Below are positions 58,996-64,000 of a stretch of 64,000 nucleotides of DNA, piece by piece. The notes below the pieces were generated by a model that ran no database searches, was not told the DNA's origin, and was given only the letters and a program-made list of their open reading frames with translations. The stretch is taken from contig OX597835.1 of the NCBI GenBank assembly GCA_951406725.2, forward strand, positions 9,300,001 to 9,364,000, in the 5' to 3' direction. Made by a program: the position numbers and the translations under genes. Origin of the DNA: Octopus vulgaris. Lineage: Eukaryota. Each line of letters starts with the position of its first letter. Positions within the stretch are counted from its first letter, which is position 1.

Positions 58996-59605
58996 TATGT
59001 ACATATGTACGCTACATCTGTGTGTGTTTGTGTTTGTGTTTGTGTGTGTGTGTTATCACTATGTATCCGTAAGATAAACATACATTCATATATATGCTGC
59101 ACACAATAAACGAATTAAGTTTACCATGAAAATGTTTTATTTGAGAACAAAGAAACGGAGAAGATAAAATCTAATGGATGCTGCTAATAAAAGTGAAGAA
59201 TTAATTTATAGAAAAATAAATTCACAGCCAATATCCTGGAAGAAAGCATAAAAGAAAGGAATGTGAAGCGATACGAAAACTAAGTGTGACTAAAACTTTC
59301 ACCAATAAACGAAGATTAAAGGTTTGACTTTAGCTGAACAACATCAATTCTTAACAAGAAGTATATATGGGCAAAACAAAATAATAAACGAGAGACAAAG
59401 TTGATCTGTCAAAGTTGGAAAGCTGCCACAACTGTGAGTTGGTAGGCAAGTGAATCCATTGAGAATTATTCGAAGGCATAAACATGGCGATTTGAAATAT
59501 GTGGTTTCACTAATTATTTTAATCCGCTATTAGTCAATAATACGACTATAGAACGCATGGACGAACCACTTCGGACTAGCAATCATACAATATTAATCAT
59601 AGTAA

Positions 59606-59661
59606 GACGGCAAGCTGGCAGAATCGTTAGCACGCCGGGCGAAATGATTAGCAGTATTTCT
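59606..59661 (+). mobile_element. SINE family 2 head only
   Basis: GGCAAGCTGGCAGAATCGTTAGCACGCCGGGCGAAATG. Confidence 0.8.
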
Positions 59662-60114
59662 GCCGGTGTTTAAATCTTTCTTCAAGAAATTCCACATGGT
59701 TTAGGTTTCTTCAGATTTTGACTCTGTAGCTGATTTTCTTGTCAACCCTGAACTGTGATACGCAGTGACTCCACGCTTAGATGGAGTTTACATTATTCGA
59801 GATGAACATTATGGTTTTTTCTCCTCCTCCATACAATTGCCACCACAAACTATTTGGTGGTGTATTAGTCAGCATCATTAAAAACACAGATTTTACTTTG
59901 TAGGATATATTTTGATGACAGTTTGTAACGTTAGCATAACTTCAAGCGTTTGCGTTATTCCTTGGAGGACCGTAACTTCTATTTCAGATAAATATAATCT
60001 TTCTCAACCGCAAATTGCAAAGTGTATTCGAAGTGCAGTCATTATTAGTCTCCTTTCTGTCTGATCACGCGAGCTCATTTCGTCTCTATTTGAGAATACT
60101 ACAAATATAGTTTA

Positions 60115-60413
60115 CTAGCAGTATCGCCCGGCGTTACTCGGGTTTGTAAGGGAAATAACTGTAAAGCATTTTTAGAGAGTCATAGCCAAAAAATAGCAAA
60201 AAAATGCATTAAAAATGGAAAAAAAATGATGGTAAATTATTTTTAAAATCGTAGACTCATCATAGACGCGCGCTAATACCCAGAAGGGCTCGATATGAAT
60301 CACGACCATAAGATATGCGGTTTTGGTTAAACTGCACCGCAAAATGTGGGAGTAGTTAGGAATCTAAATCGAAGGAAACAGACAGCACACAACCTCTCTT
60401 TTATATATAAAGA
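60115..60413 (-). mobile_element. Non-autonomous Helitron
   Basis: Same 3' end as the 58125 copy (CCCGAGTAACGCCGGG hairpin and CTAG), 5' TC, A/T insertion site. Confidence 0.8.
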
Positions 60414-60701
60414 TTACTGAGACAACTAATGTAGTGATGCCTGTTATTTTATTTATTTGTATTAGTATAGTTCTATTTTAATATTAATCTCACACTTCTG
60501 TAACATTCCTTCTTAAACTTTATTTTCATTTCATTTCTGTGGGCTGGACTCTGTCTGGTTCATTGAATCCCAAATGTTTCCACGTCTGTGTTTTTGTTTA
60601 ATTCTCTTATTTCTGTGTCCTTTCCTTTGCATAACATTACTGCACTTAATTAATTTTTCTCCTTTTGATTGTTGTTGCTGTTATTCTTCTTCTTCTTTTA
60701 C

Positions 60702-60925
<224 letters not shown>

Positions 60926-61315
60926 TTTTTTTTTTTTCTTCTTTCAAATTTTTTTCCATTTCTTGCCGAGTGTCTTCCCGATTCCTAGGGCAAAGAAACT
61001 CATAGTGTATATTGGTAGGCCATTAAACCAAACTCAGTAGTTCGTTAATTTTTTTTTTTTTTAAGTTAAATTAAAATACATGAGCAGCAACAGTTCTCAC
61101 ATCGACAATGCTCTTCTCAATACGTGTGATGTACCAGTTAAGACAATCTTTTGCACTTCTTGCAGGGATGGTAAGCCAGGGATCATTCTCATATAATTTT
61201 CGGTTCCCTTCTTGATCATTCCTAGTGCTCCTACGATCACTGGTATTGTAACCGCCTTGAGATGCCATATTTTCTCAATTTCAATGAGTAGGTCTTTATA
61301 TTTTCTATATTTTCT
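60926..61315 (-). mobile_element. Dong/R4-like LINE 3' end
   Basis: Minus strand reads KYKDLLIEIEKIWHLKAVTIPVIVGALGMIKKG...VQKIVLTGTSHVLRRALSM*, homologous to 2870-3074; (AAT)n on both sides. Confidence 0.9.
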
Positions 61316-61349
61316 ATTATTATTATTATTATTGTTATTATTATTATCA

Positions 61350-61395
<46 letters not shown>

Positions 61396-61512
61396 CATCA
61401 TCATCATCATCACAATCATCATCATCATCATCATCATCATCATTATCACAATCATCATCATCATCATCATCATTATCACAATCATCATCATCATCATCAT
61501 CATCATTATCAC

Positions 61513-61557
<45 letters not shown>

Positions 61558-61625
61558 TATCACAATCATCATCATCATCATCATCATCATCATTATCACA
61601 ATCATCATCATCATCATCATCATCA

Positions 61626-61680
<55 letters not shown>

Positions 61681-61731
61681 CATTATTATCATTATTATCA
61701 TTATTATTATTATTATTATCATTATCATCAT
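61316..61731. repeat. (TTA)n/(CAT)n array with a higher-order unit
   Basis: Recurrent TTATCACAA(TCA)n unit, about 5 times, between TTA tracts. Confidence 0.95.
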
Positions 61732-62711
61732 GATCATTTATTTATTTATTTATTTATATCGTTACATGAGTGGAATCAGCTACATCAAAGTGAAGTCAAG
61801 TAGAAATTAAGTAAATAAAATATCAAAGTTTATATCAAGTATCACATAACCAGTCTGGATATAAGATCTCTGATTCCAAACAACTTTGCAGAACTTCCAG
61901 CACTCATATTACCTACAGTATAATTAATGTCAATGTTTTATCCGATATAAACATATATTGTACCGTAGTAACGCATGGTATACAGTCCTCTAATATCCTA
62001 TAAATACTAGTGTATCGTATGCTACTAGTAACATCACTGGTTGAATTATACGTCTGTAACTCAAATCAACTGCCGTATCATTAACTATAAAACTTATGTA
62101 AAATTGTAAAATTCATTTGAATATTAAATTCCCTTTAGAAACCAATATTTGCAATAAATCTGAAAAGCTAGATTGTTTAGAGTCGATAACATTTCCTAAA
62201 TAATGTTTAAATTTTATTATATCTAGAGAAAGAATTGAACACATATTATTGGAGGTCGATTCCTGCTGTTCTTTTGCATTGCCTTCAAAGATTTAATGAC
62301 CAAGAGTACCTATGATTTTCTAGTTTTATGGTGATATAAAACTAAAAACAAATTTCTTTCATATCAGGTCAAGAGCTGGCAATGTTTACAGAGCGTAAGA
62401 AATCAGAACTAGTTATTTCCTGCAGCTGTTTGATGTTACATTTCGTGTTTATCTCCTGATTCGATTACGAAGGTGCTGATGTCAATTAAATTGACTAAAT
62501 ACTGCCCATTAGATGAATGGTAAGAGAATTTCATTGAAGCAAAATGCAATCAGCAATATTATTCCAACGAGTTGAAGATTTTTCTCATATCTTCAATTTC
62601 CCTTAATTAGACAGGGATTTTAATGTCTGGAACTTCTTAGAGGCTTTCATGAATTTTATGCAATCATTTAGCATTGCTCTCTTTTTTCTCTTTGTGCATC
62701 AATCTATCCAT

Positions 62712-62816
<105 letters not shown>

Positions 62817-62914
62817 AAATATTAGAAAAAACTACCTTTTATCAATTCAAAATGAATAATTAAATTGAATTATTTTTCCTTGTAAGTTTCGATTTTATTC
62901 CCTCAAATAATAAT

Positions 62915-63010
<96 letters not shown>

Positions 63011-64000
63011 TATATGTATTCATATACATTCATACATACATTGATAAGTATGTACGTATGCATGTATGTATGTATATGTATGTGTTGGAATATATGCATT
63101 TATGGTTGGTCTTCTGAGTGGTAAAATGTAGGAATGTCTTGTAAAAATGAAAAGATTAAAATTAGCCATGCAGCTGATAGAATTAATAGAAAAACCCAGC
63201 TAAAAGTACATTTGATAAAATGGTGGTGCAAAGAACGTTATCACTAATGTAAATCAAAAGATCAATATATAAGACTGTAATAGGTTTACGTCTCGAAAAT
63301 ATGATTAATTGACCTTATTAAAATTGGAAGTATTAACCAGAAAGGAAAATACATTCTTCGGAAGAGAATTTGATTTGGCAGATTAAACCTTACAAGTTTT
63401 TCCTTCAGCGAAATCCTCACTGGAATATTGAATAGAACAACAATATTTATTCTACAAATATGATAATGAATATTTCTCCGGAGACCTGGAAGCTGTTCTT
63501 AAATGAGATTCAGAGTTTCAAAAAAAATTATTTTTATCCAACTTCATAAAAGCCGATAATCTGGTTCATATTCTTTCAGATATTTTTATTTAGTTTGAAA
63601 GTGAGGTGTCTATTCTTATCACCAGGCAAGATCCCGAAAATCACAAATTCTCTGTCAAATATTTAAATTTCTGAGATGTGACAGATAAATATATCTTACA
63701 GCTAAACTGAATAGATTAATTGCGACGAGGCATCTATTAATCATACTATTTCTCTTAAAATTCAGTCGTCGTAACCGAAGCCAAGTCTCTTTACGTCTGA
63801 TTCCGTGGACAAACCTGTCAGAGAGTATTACTGAAACTGTCGCCTAATAAATCAGGCAACCTAATTATACAACCGGCAAAGAGATTGATAACGTCAAGTA
63901 ACCTCAACAATGTCCATGCTTGTATTTCTTTATTAAATCACCTAAACTATGCGATAACCCATCACGTCTTAACATTGATAACGCATTTTAAAATATGGCA

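Overview
Very AT-rich, microsatellite-saturated eukaryotic DNA. The repeat families suggest an octopus or other coleoid cephalopod genome (inference). I found no host protein-coding gene, rRNA, true tRNA or CRISPR array that I can support; almost all ORF-track entries are translations of simple repeats. The window is a graveyard of mobile DNA. It holds four tRNA-derived SINE families (about 25 copies), at least six pieces of RLE-type Dong/R4-like LINEs (several embedded in (AAT)n tracts), decayed Tc1/mariner and piggyBac transposons, two non-autonomous Helitrons and several MITE-like foldbacks. The most interesting signal is RNA-structural: short non-coding Penelope-like/retrozyme-like elements next to (TA)n tracts carry minimal type I hammerhead ribozyme motifs (7 motifs in 2 families). 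These include an intact same-strand tandem pair 261 nt apart (46650-46945) and an inverted pair (21005-21266). Also notable are two locally templated insertions inside SINE 3' ends, recurrent SINE dimers with an identical junction, and a target site reused by successive insertions. Coordinates were read by eye and may be off by a few bases.
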